A stretch of DNA of 64,000 nt, taken from Terriglobia bacterium (lineage in GTDB: Bacteria; Acidobacteriota; Terriglobia; 20CM-2-55-15). Shown piece by piece: positions 21,781-31,144 of this stretch. The position numbers were made by a program, and so were the translations under genes. The notes below the pieces were generated by a model. It saw only the letters and a list, made by a program, of their open reading frames with translations, was not told the origin of the DNA and ran no database searches. The stretch is from assembly GCA_965218585.1 (NCBI GenBank), contig CBDCLE010000002.1, positions 224,001-288,000 of the forward strand. The letters run 5' to 3'. Positions within the stretch are counted from its first letter, which is position 1. Every line of letters starts with the position of its first letter.

Positions 21781-23016
21781 TTATTTCTCCAGCCGGATCA
21801 AATCTTCGTATGTCTCCCGACGACGTACGAGGGAAAAGCTGTCGCCATCGACGAGGACTTCAGCCGGCCGTGGCCGGGAGTTGTAGTTCGACGACAGGCT
21901 GAACCCGTATGCTCCCGCGCTCATGACCGCCACAAGGTCCCCGGATTCGAAGCGGTCCACCTCACGATCCTGTGCGATAAAATCGGCGGACTCGCAGATG
22001 GGACCGACGACGTCGACGACTTCCCTGCCCTCTCGCCGACGCACCGGCATCAGCCGGTGGAACGAGTCGTATAAAGCCGGCCGGATGAGATCGTTCATTC
22101 CAGCGTCAACGACGACGAAGCGTTTTCCGCCGTGCGTCTTCTTACGGATCACACGGCAAAGAAGAACACCTGCGTTCCCGGCGATGACACGTCCCGGCTC
22201 GAGTATGAGCGTCAACCCGAGGTCCTCGCTCGCACCGCGCACGGTACCGGCATAGGCCTCCAGCGAAGGCGGCTGCTCAGCGTCGTATTCGATTCCGAGG
22301 CCTCCGCCCACATCCAGATATGACAGGTCGACGCCCTGACTCTGAAGATCCCGGGCCAGGTCGACAATGCCGGCGATGGCTTCTTCAAACGGTCCTAGCT
22401 CCGTGATTTGGGAACCGATATGGCAACCGATTCCCACAACGGAGACGCCGGTCATCGACGTCGCGGCATCGATTATCGAAGAGGCGTCAGAGAGACTGAT
22501 GCCGAATTTGTTTCGCTGAAGTCCGGTGGATATGTATGGATGTGTCCGTGGGTCCACGTCCGGATTGATCCGAAACACAACCCGGGCAGGGCGTCCTGTC
22601 TGAGCGGCTACTTCCGATATCAATTCCAGTTCAGGTCTGGATTCGACGCTCAGGAAAAGAACGCCCGTCTCCAGAGCGTAGCTGATTTCATCACGTGTCT
22701 TTCCCACGCCTGAAAAAATGACGGCATTGGGCGATGCGCCGGCCTCCAGAACACGAAACAACTCGCCGCCGGATACGACTTCAAAGCCGGTTCCCCACTC
22801 GACAAAGCGCCGCAGCAGCGTCAAATTGGAATTCGCCTTGACTGCGTAACACAGACGATAGGGTGTATCGCCCAGCGCTTCACCCAGAACCTTCACGTGA
22901 CGCCTGAGCGTGGCCTGGCTGTATACGTAGACGGGCGTGCCCACCGATTCGGCAATCGTTTCGAGCCCAACGCCTTCACAAGCCAACCGATCGTTGTTGT
23001 AATCGAAATAGTGCAT
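21781..23016 (-). CDS. lysA: Diaminopimelate decarboxylase
   Basis: YAVKAN, HIGSQI, LDVGGG, EPGR, GPICESAD, SNYNSRPR. Confidence 0.97.
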   Translation of the reverse strand: MHYFDYNNDRLACEGVGLETIAESVGTPVYVYSQATLRRHVKVLGEALGDTPYRLCYAVKANSNLTLLRRFVEWGTGFEVVSGGELFRVLEAGASPNAVIFSGVGKTRDEISYALETGVLFLSVESRPELELISEVAAQTGRPARVVFRINPDVDPRTHPYISTGLQRNKFGISLSDASSIIDAATSMTGVSVVGIGCHIGSQITELGPFEEAIAGIVDLARDLQSQGVDLSYLDVGGGLGIEYDAEQPPSLEAYAGTVRGASEDLGLTLILEPGRVIAGNAGVLLCRVIRKKTHGGKRFVVVDAGMNDLIRPALYDSFHRLMPVRRREGREVVDVVGPICESADFIAQDREVDRFESGDLVAVMSAGAYGFSLSSNYNSRPRPAEVLVDGDSFSLVRRRETYEDLIRLEK

Positions 23017-23071
23017 GGGAATGGTTTCAAAAAAGACGCACTCACCAGTAGGGCGCGTCCCATTATAGACA

Positions 23072-23109
23072 CAAAAACGGCGCGGGACCTTTCGATGGCC
23101 CGCGCCGTT
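23072..23109 (-). terminator. Rho-independent terminator of the ECF operon
   Basis: Stem aacggcgcggg/cccgcgccgtt followed by a T-run on the minus strand, just after the 23163 stop. Confidence 0.7.
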
Positions 23110-23162
23110 CAGTTCAAGAAATAACTCTATGCGATGAGGTCGATCACTCCAGAGTCGGGGAC

Positions 23163-23561
23163 CTAACGACCCGACTGTCTAAGCGCCCGGTCAGCCTCCC
23201 TCTGGCGTTCCTCTTCGATCCACTGGTCGTAGAGCTCGCGCTGCGACTCGGTCAGCAGTTCCCGGATTTCGCCACGGGAAGTATCTTTCAGCTCTTGATA
23301 CAGCGGCCGTGTCTGCTCCCTCAGGTCCCGGAAACCATCCCGGGTGCCTTCAAGTATGGCCGCGACCCGAGCTTCCTGTTCCGCAGTCAATCCGAGGTAC
23401 TCGCCATAGGAGACGCCACCCAGAAACCGACCTCTGCGACCACCCTGATTGTCGTCGCTGAAGACTCGGGTCTCATACACATCCATCAGCACAGCGCCCG
23501 TCAGGGCACCCACAACGAAGACAGCTAAGATCAGCAGTTTTGCCTGAAGAGTTCGTTTCAT
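23163..23561 (-). CDS. Periplasmic Spy/CpxP-like helical protein
   Basis: N-terminal TM/signal; LGLTAEQ and ELLTESQ (LTxxQ) motifs. Confidence 0.65.
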   Translation of the reverse strand: MKRTLQAKLLILAVFVVGALTGAVLMDVYETRVFSDDNQGGRRGRFLGGVSYGEYLGLTAEQEARVAAILEGTRDGFRDLREQTRPLYQELKDTSRGEIRELLTESQRELYDQWIEEERQREADRALRQSGR

Positions 23562-23566
23562 TGTAA

Positions 23567-23914
23567 TTAGTCCGAAAGGCTGATCTCGACGAGGAGATCA
23601 CTCCCTTGAGGCAGTTCAGCCTCTCCATACATCCACTGGTCCGAGGGTCCGTGCTCCATTTCCAGATAAAAATCCACGAGGCCCACTTCAGGCGGCCCGG
23701 GAAGGAAAACCTGAACACCCAGCATGACCAGAACAACCAGTGTCATGACAGCGATCGTCGGGCGGGCGAAGCTAGGTACGAAATCCCACACTGCGCCTGC
23801 AGCCTGGTTGACGGGTTGGATCTGTCGAACAACCCGACGCGCGAAAGATCCATCAGGCATAAAAGTGCGGCGACGTTCGTGCTCGACGAACCGTTTTGGA
23901 AGAAATTCATTCAC
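23567..23914 (-). CDS. Putative single-TM anti-sigma factor
   Basis: FARRV motif followed by a TM helix; overlaps the sigma stop codon. Confidence 0.6.
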   Translation of the reverse strand: MNEFLPKRFVEHERRRTFMPDGSFARRVVRQIQPVNQAAGAVWDFVPSFARPTIAVMTLVVLVMLGVQVFLPGPPEVGLVDFYLEMEHGPSDQWMYGEAELPQGSDLLVEISLSD

Positions 23915-24468
23915 GATGAACTCCTCTGGGCTGAAGGCAATCGACCTTCAACCTGGTCTCCCAACACTACCGCCAGTTTTTTTCGAGCACGGTAAAGGCG
24001 AATCTTTACGTTTGAGGTACTAATGCCCATTATGTCCGAGATCTCCTTAATTGACAACTCTTCTACCTCCTTTAAAAGCAGAGGTATCTGCAGTTTGGCA
24101 TCCAGCGTATTGACCGCTGACCGGACCCACTCGTAATCGTCGGTCTGGGGCGCGTTGGGAACCGTCGGCTGAGCCCGATAGCTTTCAAAGGCCAGCTTTT
24201 CGCGACGTAGCTTCCTGAGGCGATCGTAGCAAACGTTGATCGTCACCCTGGAAACCCAGCCCGCTACGTTGTCATCCGGACGAACCTGGTCGATCTTACC
24301 GAAAAACCGAATGAACGCCTCCTGGGAGAGATCTTCGACCTCCTCCCGGGAGCGAAAAAATCGGCTCGCCAAACGAAAGACCATCGGGGCCAGCTGGGCT
24401 ACGAGCTCTTCCTGAGCGACGGTTTCGCCGCGCTTGGCCCGAACGACAAGTTCGCGATCAATCTCCAT
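23911..24468 (-). CDS. ECF sigma-70 factor
   Basis: EVEDLSQEAF, WVSRVTINVCYDRLRK, SIKEISDIMGISTSNVKIRLYRAR. Confidence 0.92.
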   Translation of the reverse strand: MEIDRELVVRAKRGETVAQEELVAQLAPMVFRLASRFFRSREEVEDLSQEAFIRFFGKIDQVRPDDNVAGWVSRVTINVCYDRLRKLRREKLAFESYRAQPTVPNAPQTDDYEWVRSAVNTLDAKLQIPLLLKEVEELSIKEISDIMGISTSNVKIRLYRARKKLAVVLGDQVEGRLPSAQRSSS

Positions 24469-24476
24469 TAACTAGA

Positions 24477-24502
24477 TACGTCCTGGATTTCAGTGAAGTT
24501 AC
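24477..24502 (-). promoter_or_regulatory. Candidate autoregulatory ECF promoter (GTAAC-N17-CGTA)
   Basis: Minus strand gtaac ttcactgaaatccagga cgta, ending 8 nt before the sigma ATG; fits the AAC/CGT ECF consensus. Confidence 0.6.
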
Positions 24503-24503
24503 T

Positions 24504-24523
24504 ATTTTGACCTATGTCAAAAT
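24504..24523. promoter_or_regulatory. Perfect palindrome, FNR/CRP-family-like box (TTGAC-N4-GTCAA)
   Basis: attttgac ctat gtcaaaat, immediately upstream of the candidate ECF -35. Confidence 0.55.
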
Positions 24524-24830
24524 GTTTGACTGACTGCTCCCGGAAGAGTTTAACGGCAACCGGTCGACGAACAGACACACATCCACTATATTGCAGGCCG
24601 CAGGGTATCTGTTGAGGATTCTGCTAAAACCAGCCGGATTGAGGTTCCGGACTAAGGCAGGTCAAAAACAACAACGGAGAGGAACAAGTCGTTCAGGCCT
24701 CCACCATCCCACTCGCCCTCTCCTCCACTCATCTCATCTCGTCCCGTCTTCGAATGCCGGCTCCTAATCTTGGAATGCCTTCCCTGGCAAACCGGCCGAA
24801 CGGGCTATTAGTGCCATCCCGCCGTATAAG

Positions 24831-24848
24831 AAGCACATTTCGTGCCAA
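24831..24848 (-). promoter_or_regulatory. Candidate sigma54 -24/-12 promoter
   Basis: Minus strand TTGGCACGAAATGTGCTT: TGGCACG with exact GG-N10-GC spacing, in a long intergenic region. Confidence 0.6.
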
Positions 24849-24962
24849 ACCAATCGGTCAATTAAATGTGTACCTTACGAGAAGACACGCCCCACAAAAT
24901 ACAAGAATCCATAGAAATTGTCCGTCATACGGGATTTCTGAGGACTTTGGTAGGAAAATTCT

Positions 24963-25523
24963 TCACCCGCCCACCCAATTCAACCATCGATCGTGGATCG
25001 GTTCGAGTTCCCGTTCCACCTCGTCCCATCGCGCAAGAAAATCCAGATCCATTGCCAGACTCATCTCGGTTCTGAGAATGGCAAAGTGCTCGTTGACCAA
25101 CTCGTAGTACAGAATGAGATCACCATGAGCCTCCATGCCAGGGCTGGTGACCGGCTTCCGCATTCTCAGATAATCGAGGACGTCCCCGGCCCTGCGGTGT
25201 GCATCGATAAAGTGGAAGAGCTGCCAGTTGTCGGTGGGACCGTCTTCGGAACGCCTGAGCGCAGCCTGGTAATTCCGCTCGAGACGTTCAATTTCCGGAA
25301 GAATCACCTGCCGATACCGGGGCCGCTCGTCGTAGCGTATCCCCGTCAGCGGTATGAAAACCAGAAGAGCTACAAGGGCCAGGAAGGCAGACAGCTTGTT
25401 CTGTCGGATACTATCGCCGATGCTGGAGGCAACGGCCTTGACGAGTCCGCCGACGGAGGGCTCGGCGGACCGAAGACGGGTTGATGGATCGGGCTCCTGT
25501 GGCTCTCTGTGCAAGATGGCCAT
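24963..25523 (-). CDS. Hypothetical single-TM protein
   Basis: 186-aa ORF co-oriented at the end of the ABC/DUF4340 operon; one hydrophobic helix. Confidence 0.65.
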   Translation of the reverse strand: MAILHREPQEPDPSTRLRSAEPSVGGLVKAVASSIGDSIRQNKLSAFLALVALLVFIPLTGIRYDERPRYRQVILPEIERLERNYQAALRRSEDGPTDNWQLFHFIDAHRRAGDVLDYLRMRKPVTSPGMEAHGDLILYYELVNEHFAILRTEMSLAMDLDFLARWDEVERELEPIHDRWLNWVGG

Positions 25524-25536
25524 GCCAGCCTACGGG

Positions 25537-26895
25537 CTAGTCCACGTCATTGTTTGATGCCTGCAAGTCAAGGAGGTCTTCGGCAGTAATGTCGAATCGG
25601 TCGAAAACATCCTTGGAGACGACCTTGACCCCCACTTCCGACTCGGACTTCCAATAAAGCTCTTCGCCGTCGGCAACGTCGTCGCCGAAACCGAAGGCCA
25701 GTGTCTCGTCACCGTCCACCTCGAAAACAACCCGCAACCGAGGCGGGTCCAGACCGTATGTACCCAGAGGTCCGGGGACATCTATGATGTCAGTGATGCG
25801 CTCGAACTCCACGGCATTAAACATGAGGGAAATCGTGTCCAGTTTCGCTGGCCGCTGGTCAGGTAACTCCCAGCCCCCAGGCCCCATGGCCAGTACAAAG
25901 CTGTCCTCTTGTCGTTCAAACCGGATACGCGTAACGCTGGGTCGATCAAATTCGGCAATCGTTTTGTCGCGCCAAGCGAAGAGCCTCTGTTCAGCGTTCT
26001 CCACGATATCGCTGTTTACGATGAGGACCGCACCCCGTGAAGTGTCTCTTGCGAAGTAGCTGCCCGCTTCCGGGTCGGATTGACTGCCAATGAGCAAGAC
26101 ATGCTCCAAGTCGGTTACGCCATCGTGAAGAACGACGCTCAGCCGGGGCGAATCCAGACCCGTCTGCTCATCGGTGAGTTCTTCGCCGGCAAAATCAGTC
26201 GCACGGGCAAACCCTACGGTGCCCAGAAAAGTGCTGACCTCGGCGAGCATCGCGGGTGCGGTAATCGGGGTCTCCAGAGACCACTGTTCGCCCTCGAGGC
26301 TGAGGCTTACATTAACGCCACCGCTGATATCGATGCGGTCGATCGCATCCTGATCGAAACTCATCACCGTCTTGTCACGGAGGTCGTTGACCTCTTTACT
26401 TACCGTAGAGATCCACGAACTGGGTGCCAGAAACACTTCATCGCTGGAGGCAAGCTTGGCGTAATAGTGTGTCCCACCGGGATTTTCCCGACCAAACAAG
26501 ATCTCTTCCTCCCGACCATCTTCTAACTCGATTCCGACCCCGATACTGGGACTGTCCAGGCCGAAGGTGGAGAGGTCGGTGGGCTCGGACGCGATCGTCT
26601 CCTCTCTCTCGATCCTGGGAACGTTAGAGGCCAATAAGTCCCACGAACTGGAGTCGGCTTCGAGACCGGGAGGGGAAACGAACTCCCACTCCCCGTCATT
26701 TCGGAGGCCTTCGATGGAACGGTCTGGATAAACCAGCCGTATCCGTCGGATATCTTCGTAATCGGCTGGAAAAGCGAGGGTCGCCTCTTCAGCAGCGAGT
26801 TCCCGTTCTTCGCGGCCCCGGATGTCGGTCCAGTAGACCCACAGGCCCAGAACGACGAGAAGTCCAAACAGTGCGAACGTTCCTTTGAACTGCAT
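25537..26895 (-). CDS. DUF4340 domain protein
   Basis: N-terminal anchor; repeated YGL/FGL-x-x-P and LRDKT/WRDKT motifs; follows GldG. Confidence 0.85.
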   Translation of the reverse strand: MQFKGTFALFGLLVVLGLWVYWTDIRGREERELAAEEATLAFPADYEDIRRIRLVYPDRSIEGLRNDGEWEFVSPPGLEADSSSWDLLASNVPRIEREETIASEPTDLSTFGLDSPSIGVGIELEDGREEEILFGRENPGGTHYYAKLASSDEVFLAPSSWISTVSKEVNDLRDKTVMSFDQDAIDRIDISGGVNVSLSLEGEQWSLETPITAPAMLAEVSTFLGTVGFARATDFAGEELTDEQTGLDSPRLSVVLHDGVTDLEHVLLIGSQSDPEAGSYFARDTSRGAVLIVNSDIVENAEQRLFAWRDKTIAEFDRPSVTRIRFERQEDSFVLAMGPGGWELPDQRPAKLDTISLMFNAVEFERITDIIDVPGPLGTYGLDPPRLRVVFEVDGDETLAFGFGDDVADGEELYWKSESEVGVKVVSKDVFDRFDITAEDLLDLQASNNDVD

Positions 26896-26912
26896 ACGCA
26901 GATTCCGCTGAT

Positions 26913-28481
26913 TTACTGGCTACGGCGCTTGAACCACACGGAGATTCCCGCCGCCACAATGGAAAGCGGTAGCAGCACCAATGAAATGTAGTATGTGATT
27001 CGACCCTGAGACTCGGTCAGGTTGAGAGGTCGATCGTCGGGCGCTTTCGGCCGGATCGAAATGAAGCTCTCATCCTCGGCCAGCCAACTCACCGCGTTCA
27101 GGAAAAGGTTGCCGTTGCCCTGCAGGCTGAAGAAACCGTTGGAAGCGAAATCGGAGTCCCCCACGACAATTAATCGGGACCGGACCTCCGGAGCGGTCTC
27201 CCGGGTAACAACCACACCGATGTTCACCGGCCCCCCGAGGTCAACGCTCGGATCGAAACTGGCTTCCGTACTGTCCAGGTTGCTTTCTCCCCAACTGTTG
27301 TTACCTGTAGTCAGCAGATTGTCGGAAGTTAATCCCTCCGGACCTTGGGCGGCCGCGTCTATTGAACGGGCCAACGGAAAGAAGGTCATCACATTGAACC
27401 CGTTCGTGATCGCATGTGTGCCGTACTGTGAGACCAGCGGGATCTCAGGACCCGCTCCCAACAAACGGCCCACGCCGCTGGCATCCACGACGAAGTTGTC
27501 ACCCGCAGAAACAGCCCAGCGCTCGAGCAGGTCGTCCAGCGATGCCGCCGGCGGCGGATCGAGCATGACCATCACGCTGCCTCCCGCGTTCAGATACTCG
27601 TCCACCATGTCGATTTCTTCAGGAAACGGTTCAGTTTCAGGCCCGGCCCAGATCAACACCGCAGCGTCAGAAGGCACCTCATCAACCAGAACGAAGTTCA
27701 AACTCTCTACAAGGTAGCTTTCTCTCTCCAGCGCGTTGCGCGCCGCGTCAAGGCCGTTGCGCTCAGTCTGGGCGATGAGTTTCTCTCCATGTCCCTCGAT
27801 GAAATAGATCGCCTTCTGCTCCCCCTTAACCAACTTCATCAGCGCGTTCGTGACATCTTCTTCCAGAAGCGGCTCGGACTGCTTCTCAATGCGTTCCTGG
27901 AAACCTTCGGTCTCGAGGACGATCGTCCCGAAGTTTAGACCCTCCCCCGTAAGCGGATTGTTGAAACTACCGTAGACGGTGACATCGAACTGTTCGGCCA
28001 ACTGTGGCCGGCGGTCAGGATCGACAAACTCATAGCTGATTCGAGAACTCCTGCCGCGGTAAAGATCCAGCAATTCACGAGCTGCCCGATCATCCCCACC
28101 GGGGAAAAACACCAGTATCTCGACGTCCTGTTCAAGTTGATCGGTCACGCTTACGGACTGATCAGACAGGCTGTAAATGCGTTGGGTGGTCAGGTCCAGA
28201 CGTTGATCGTTCTGAAAACCGATGTAGTTCACAAAACCCAGGACGCCAACAAGGAGCAGAACCGAAGTCAGCGAGTTGGCTCCGTACCGCGCCCTGCGGC
28301 CGGTCACACCGGCCCGGATTTCTGAACGTTTTGAAACAAGCGCCACGATGATGAGCACAGCTCCGAGCGCGATGGCAACAGTTTGATAAACGCCCCAGAT
28401 CGTTCGCACCGAGTAGCTGACCAGAGCCGCGGCAACCACGACCAACCCCAACAGATCGAGCTTTTTAATCCATTCTTTCAA
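26913..28481 (-). CDS. GldG-like ABC transporter auxiliary component
   Basis: RLDLTTQRIYSLS, IYFIEGHGE, VGDSDF and GNGNLFLNAVSWL motifs. Confidence 0.88.
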   Translation of the reverse strand: MKEWIKKLDLLGLVVVAAALVSYSVRTIWGVYQTVAIALGAVLIIVALVSKRSEIRAGVTGRRARYGANSLTSVLLLVGVLGFVNYIGFQNDQRLDLTTQRIYSLSDQSVSVTDQLEQDVEILVFFPGGDDRAARELLDLYRGRSSRISYEFVDPDRRPQLAEQFDVTVYGSFNNPLTGEGLNFGTIVLETEGFQERIEKQSEPLLEEDVTNALMKLVKGEQKAIYFIEGHGEKLIAQTERNGLDAARNALERESYLVESLNFVLVDEVPSDAAVLIWAGPETEPFPEEIDMVDEYLNAGGSVMVMLDPPPAASLDDLLERWAVSAGDNFVVDASGVGRLLGAGPEIPLVSQYGTHAITNGFNVMTFFPLARSIDAAAQGPEGLTSDNLLTTGNNSWGESNLDSTEASFDPSVDLGGPVNIGVVVTRETAPEVRSRLIVVGDSDFASNGFFSLQGNGNLFLNAVSWLAEDESFISIRPKAPDDRPLNLTESQGRITYYISLVLLPLSIVAAGISVWFKRRSQ

Positions 28482-28485
28482 CTCG

Positions 28486-29268
28486 TTAACCCCTCCAGCG
28501 CATCGAATCCACGGATCGATAGGTCAGGAACAATCCCAATATCACCAGCGACAGGTAAAAGATGACGTGCGACGTCGTCAGAACGCCGCGGATGAATTCG
28601 TCCAGATGTCCCAGAATCGACAGGTAGGTCAGGACGGCTCGTGTAGTTGCCGTGGCGCTCTGCGCGACCACATCTACCATCCAGAGCATGAGAATCGCTC
28701 CAAAACTCAACACACCGGCAACGATCTGGTTTTCTGTGAGCGTCGAGATAAAGAGACCCACGGCCAGCAAGGCGGTTCCGTAAAGCAAGAGCCCCAGATA
28801 ACCGGTCAACATTGGACCCCAGGCCGGATCGGCGTAGAGAAACAGCACCGAAATCGGCACCCAGGTCGTCGCCAGCATGATCGCGTAGAAGGAAACGGCG
28901 GCCAGATACTTCCCCATTACGACTTGGAAGTCCGTCAGAGGCGCCGTCAACAGGAGCTCGATCGTCCCTCTCTTTTTCTCCTCGGAGAACAGACCCATCG
29001 TGATCATGGGCAACATGAACAGCAGGATGACGCTCATGGTCCCCAGAAAACTCTGGCCGATCAAACCCGGCACGTCCATAGGTCGTGGAGCGCCTCCGAA
29101 CTGCTGGCTCTGGAGGGCATTGATCGTCGCCATCTGTATGATCTGACGCAGCATCGTCTGGAAGAAGACTCCGGACAGAAGGACGAAGATCGTGAGGACC
29201 ACGTAAGCGACCGGAGAAATAAAATACGCTCGCAACTCTCTTTCAACAATGGCCAGAATGTTCTTCAT
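28486..29268 (-). CDS. ABC-2 permease (GldF-like)
   Basis: RELRAYFISPVAY, EEKKRGTIELLLTAP, TENQIVA. Confidence 0.9.
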   Translation of the reverse strand: MKNILAIVERELRAYFISPVAYVVLTIFVLLSGVFFQTMLRQIIQMATINALQSQQFGGAPRPMDVPGLIGQSFLGTMSVILLFMLPMITMGLFSEEKKRGTIELLLTAPLTDFQVVMGKYLAAVSFYAIMLATTWVPISVLFLYADPAWGPMLTGYLGLLLYGTALLAVGLFISTLTENQIVAGVLSFGAILMLWMVDVVAQSATATTRAVLTYLSILGHLDEFIRGVLTTSHVIFYLSLVILGLFLTYRSVDSMRWRG

Positions 29269-30335
29269 GCTTCGGCCTCGCCGTCGTCAGAACCCATTTC
29301 CGGAAGGATGTCTCCCTCACTCCCATCTTCGGCCCTATCCTCGCTGACTTCAACCGACGATGCCTCGGTGTCGCTCGTCGTCAACTTGATAAAGATGTCT
29401 TCCAGGCTCATCCGGGAGGACTGCATCTCGAACAACCCCCATCCATTCTCAACGATCGTTTGGGCCAGGCGTGGACGAATGTCATGGGCCAGGTTTGTCT
29501 CGACCTGGATGCGATGCCGACCTTCGGACACTCCAATACCGCTGGCACTTCCAACGCCCTCCATGGATCGAAACCGCCTCAGGATGCTATCTAATGGTCC
29601 CGCAACTTCGACGAGAGTCTGTTCGGCCCCTTTCAACTGCTGTACAAGATTTTCCGGGCTGTCCATCGCGATGATCCGGCCGCGATCGATAATAACGACG
29701 CGACTGCATGTCTGTTCGACTTCCGGGAGGATGTGGGTGGAAAGGATGACTGTATGGTCCCCCGACCATTCCTTGATCAACTCGCGTACCTCGTGGATCT
29801 GTTTGGGATCCAATCCAACCGTTGGCTCGTCCAGAACCAGAACGGGAGGATCGTTCAGCAGGGCCTGGGCGAGACCCACACGTTGCCGATAGCCCTTGGA
29901 CAGGCGCCCGGTAATCCGATTGGCAACGTCGAGGATACGTGCCGTTTCCATGACACGCGTAACTTCGTCAGCGATTTCAATCCGGGGCACGCCCTTAATC
30001 TTGGCGACAAAGCGAAGGTAACCCTCTACAGTCATTTCCAGGTAGAGGGGCGGACTTTCCGGGAGGTAACCGACGCGGCGCCGGACTTCGAGAGGTTGCC
30101 GAAACACGTCGAACCCATCGACCGTGATGCGGCCCTCCGACGGCGGAAGGTAGCCTGTTATGGCCCGCATCGTCGTCGTCTTCCCCGCACCGTTCGGTCC
30201 GAGGAAGCCAAGCACCTCGCCAGCCTCGACGGTAAAACTGACGTCCTCTATCGCAATCGTCGTGTCGTAGCGTTTCGTTAGGTTCTGAACGTTGATCATA
30301 TTGTTGGCGTTTTTCCCCGGCCCGGCCCGATCCAC
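29265..30335 (-). CDS. ABC transporter ATP-binding protein (GldA-like)
   Basis: GPNGAGKTT, LSKGYRQRVG, LDEPTVGLDP, STHIL. True start probably MINVQ at 30299. Confidence 0.92.
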   Translation of the reverse strand: MDRAGPGKNANNMINVQNLTKRYDTTIAIEDVSFTVEAGEVLGFLGPNGAGKTTTMRAITGYLPPSEGRITVDGFDVFRQPLEVRRRVGYLPESPPLYLEMTVEGYLRFVAKIKGVPRIEIADEVTRVMETARILDVANRITGRLSKGYRQRVGLAQALLNDPPVLVLDEPTVGLDPKQIHEVRELIKEWSGDHTVILSTHILPEVEQTCSRVVIIDRGRIIAMDSPENLVQQLKGAEQTLVEVAGPLDSILRRFRSMEGVGSASGIGVSEGRHRIQVETNLAHDIRPRLAQTIVENGWGLFEMQSSRMSLEDIFIKLTTSDTEASSVEVSEDRAEDGSEGDILPEMGSDDGEAEA

Positions 30336-30382
30336 GTGGGGACTGTCGGGCTGCTACAATTAGCCTCGATTCTATCGAACGA

Positions 30383-31141
30383 ATGAAAACCTATTCAACT
30401 CTGATATTCGATGCTTTCGATACAGTCATTCATATCGACCGCGAACGGCTTCCCAAACACAAGATTGGAGAGACCACTTTTCACACAACCGCTCCTAAGG
30501 TGTATGAAGTCTATCGAAAGGAAGGCGGGGAGCTCGGGTTCGAAGAATTCGTAGGTGCATTTCTCGAAAGCTCCGCCGAAGCCTACCGCCGACGCAGCCA
30601 AGACCTCAGGGAGATCCCGAGTCCCGACCGGTTTCGAATCATGGTGGAACTACTGCAGAAGAGTCCCGTCGACTTCGCCCCGGGTTTTACCGAGCGGCTG
30701 GCCAAAACCCACATGGAAAACTTCCAGCCGGCACTGGAAATCCGCCCCAAGAGTCGCCAGTTGCTGGAATGGGCGCTTGGCGCGGGTTATCGGCTTGCCA
30801 TGATATCCAACTTCGATTACTCGCCAACCCTGTATGAATGCCTGGAAAAACATGGTGTACTGCAGATGTTTGAGATCATTGTGGTGTCGGACGAAATAGG
30901 CTGGCGCAAGCCCCACCCGAAAATATTTGAAAACACTCTGGAACAACTCGGAATCGGTCCTGCCGATGCGCTTTTCATCGGTGATCGGCTGGACATCGAC
31001 GTGGACGGAGCTGCCCGGGCCGGTATGGATTCAGCATGGATCGACACAGGCCGGCACGAATGGACCGCTCGACACTCGCGGCCACAATATACGATTGGGT
31101 CATTGGGTGATCTGAGAGGAATTCTGGAGGGCTTGGACTGA
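30383..31141 (+). CDS. HAD-family hydrolase
   Basis: FDAFDT motif I, ISN, RKPHP, IGDRLDID. Confidence 0.88.
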   Translation: MKTYSTLIFDAFDTVIHIDRERLPKHKIGETTFHTTAPKVYEVYRKEGGELGFEEFVGAFLESSAEAYRRRSQDLREIPSPDRFRIMVELLQKSPVDFAPGFTERLAKTHMENFQPALEIRPKSRQLLEWALGAGYRLAMISNFDYSPTLYECLEKHGVLQMFEIIVVSDEIGWRKPHPKIFENTLEQLGIGPADALFIGDRLDIDVDGAARAGMDSAWIDTGRHEWTARHSRPQYTIGSLGDLRGILEGLD

Positions 31142-31144
31142 CAC

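Noticed and set aside
28567-29892. Long antisense ORFs (this 441-aa one, 4855-5904, 47879-48874, 54158-55138, 57892-58896)
   Set aside because: Shadow frames opposite well-supported genes in GC-rich DNA, with no motifs.
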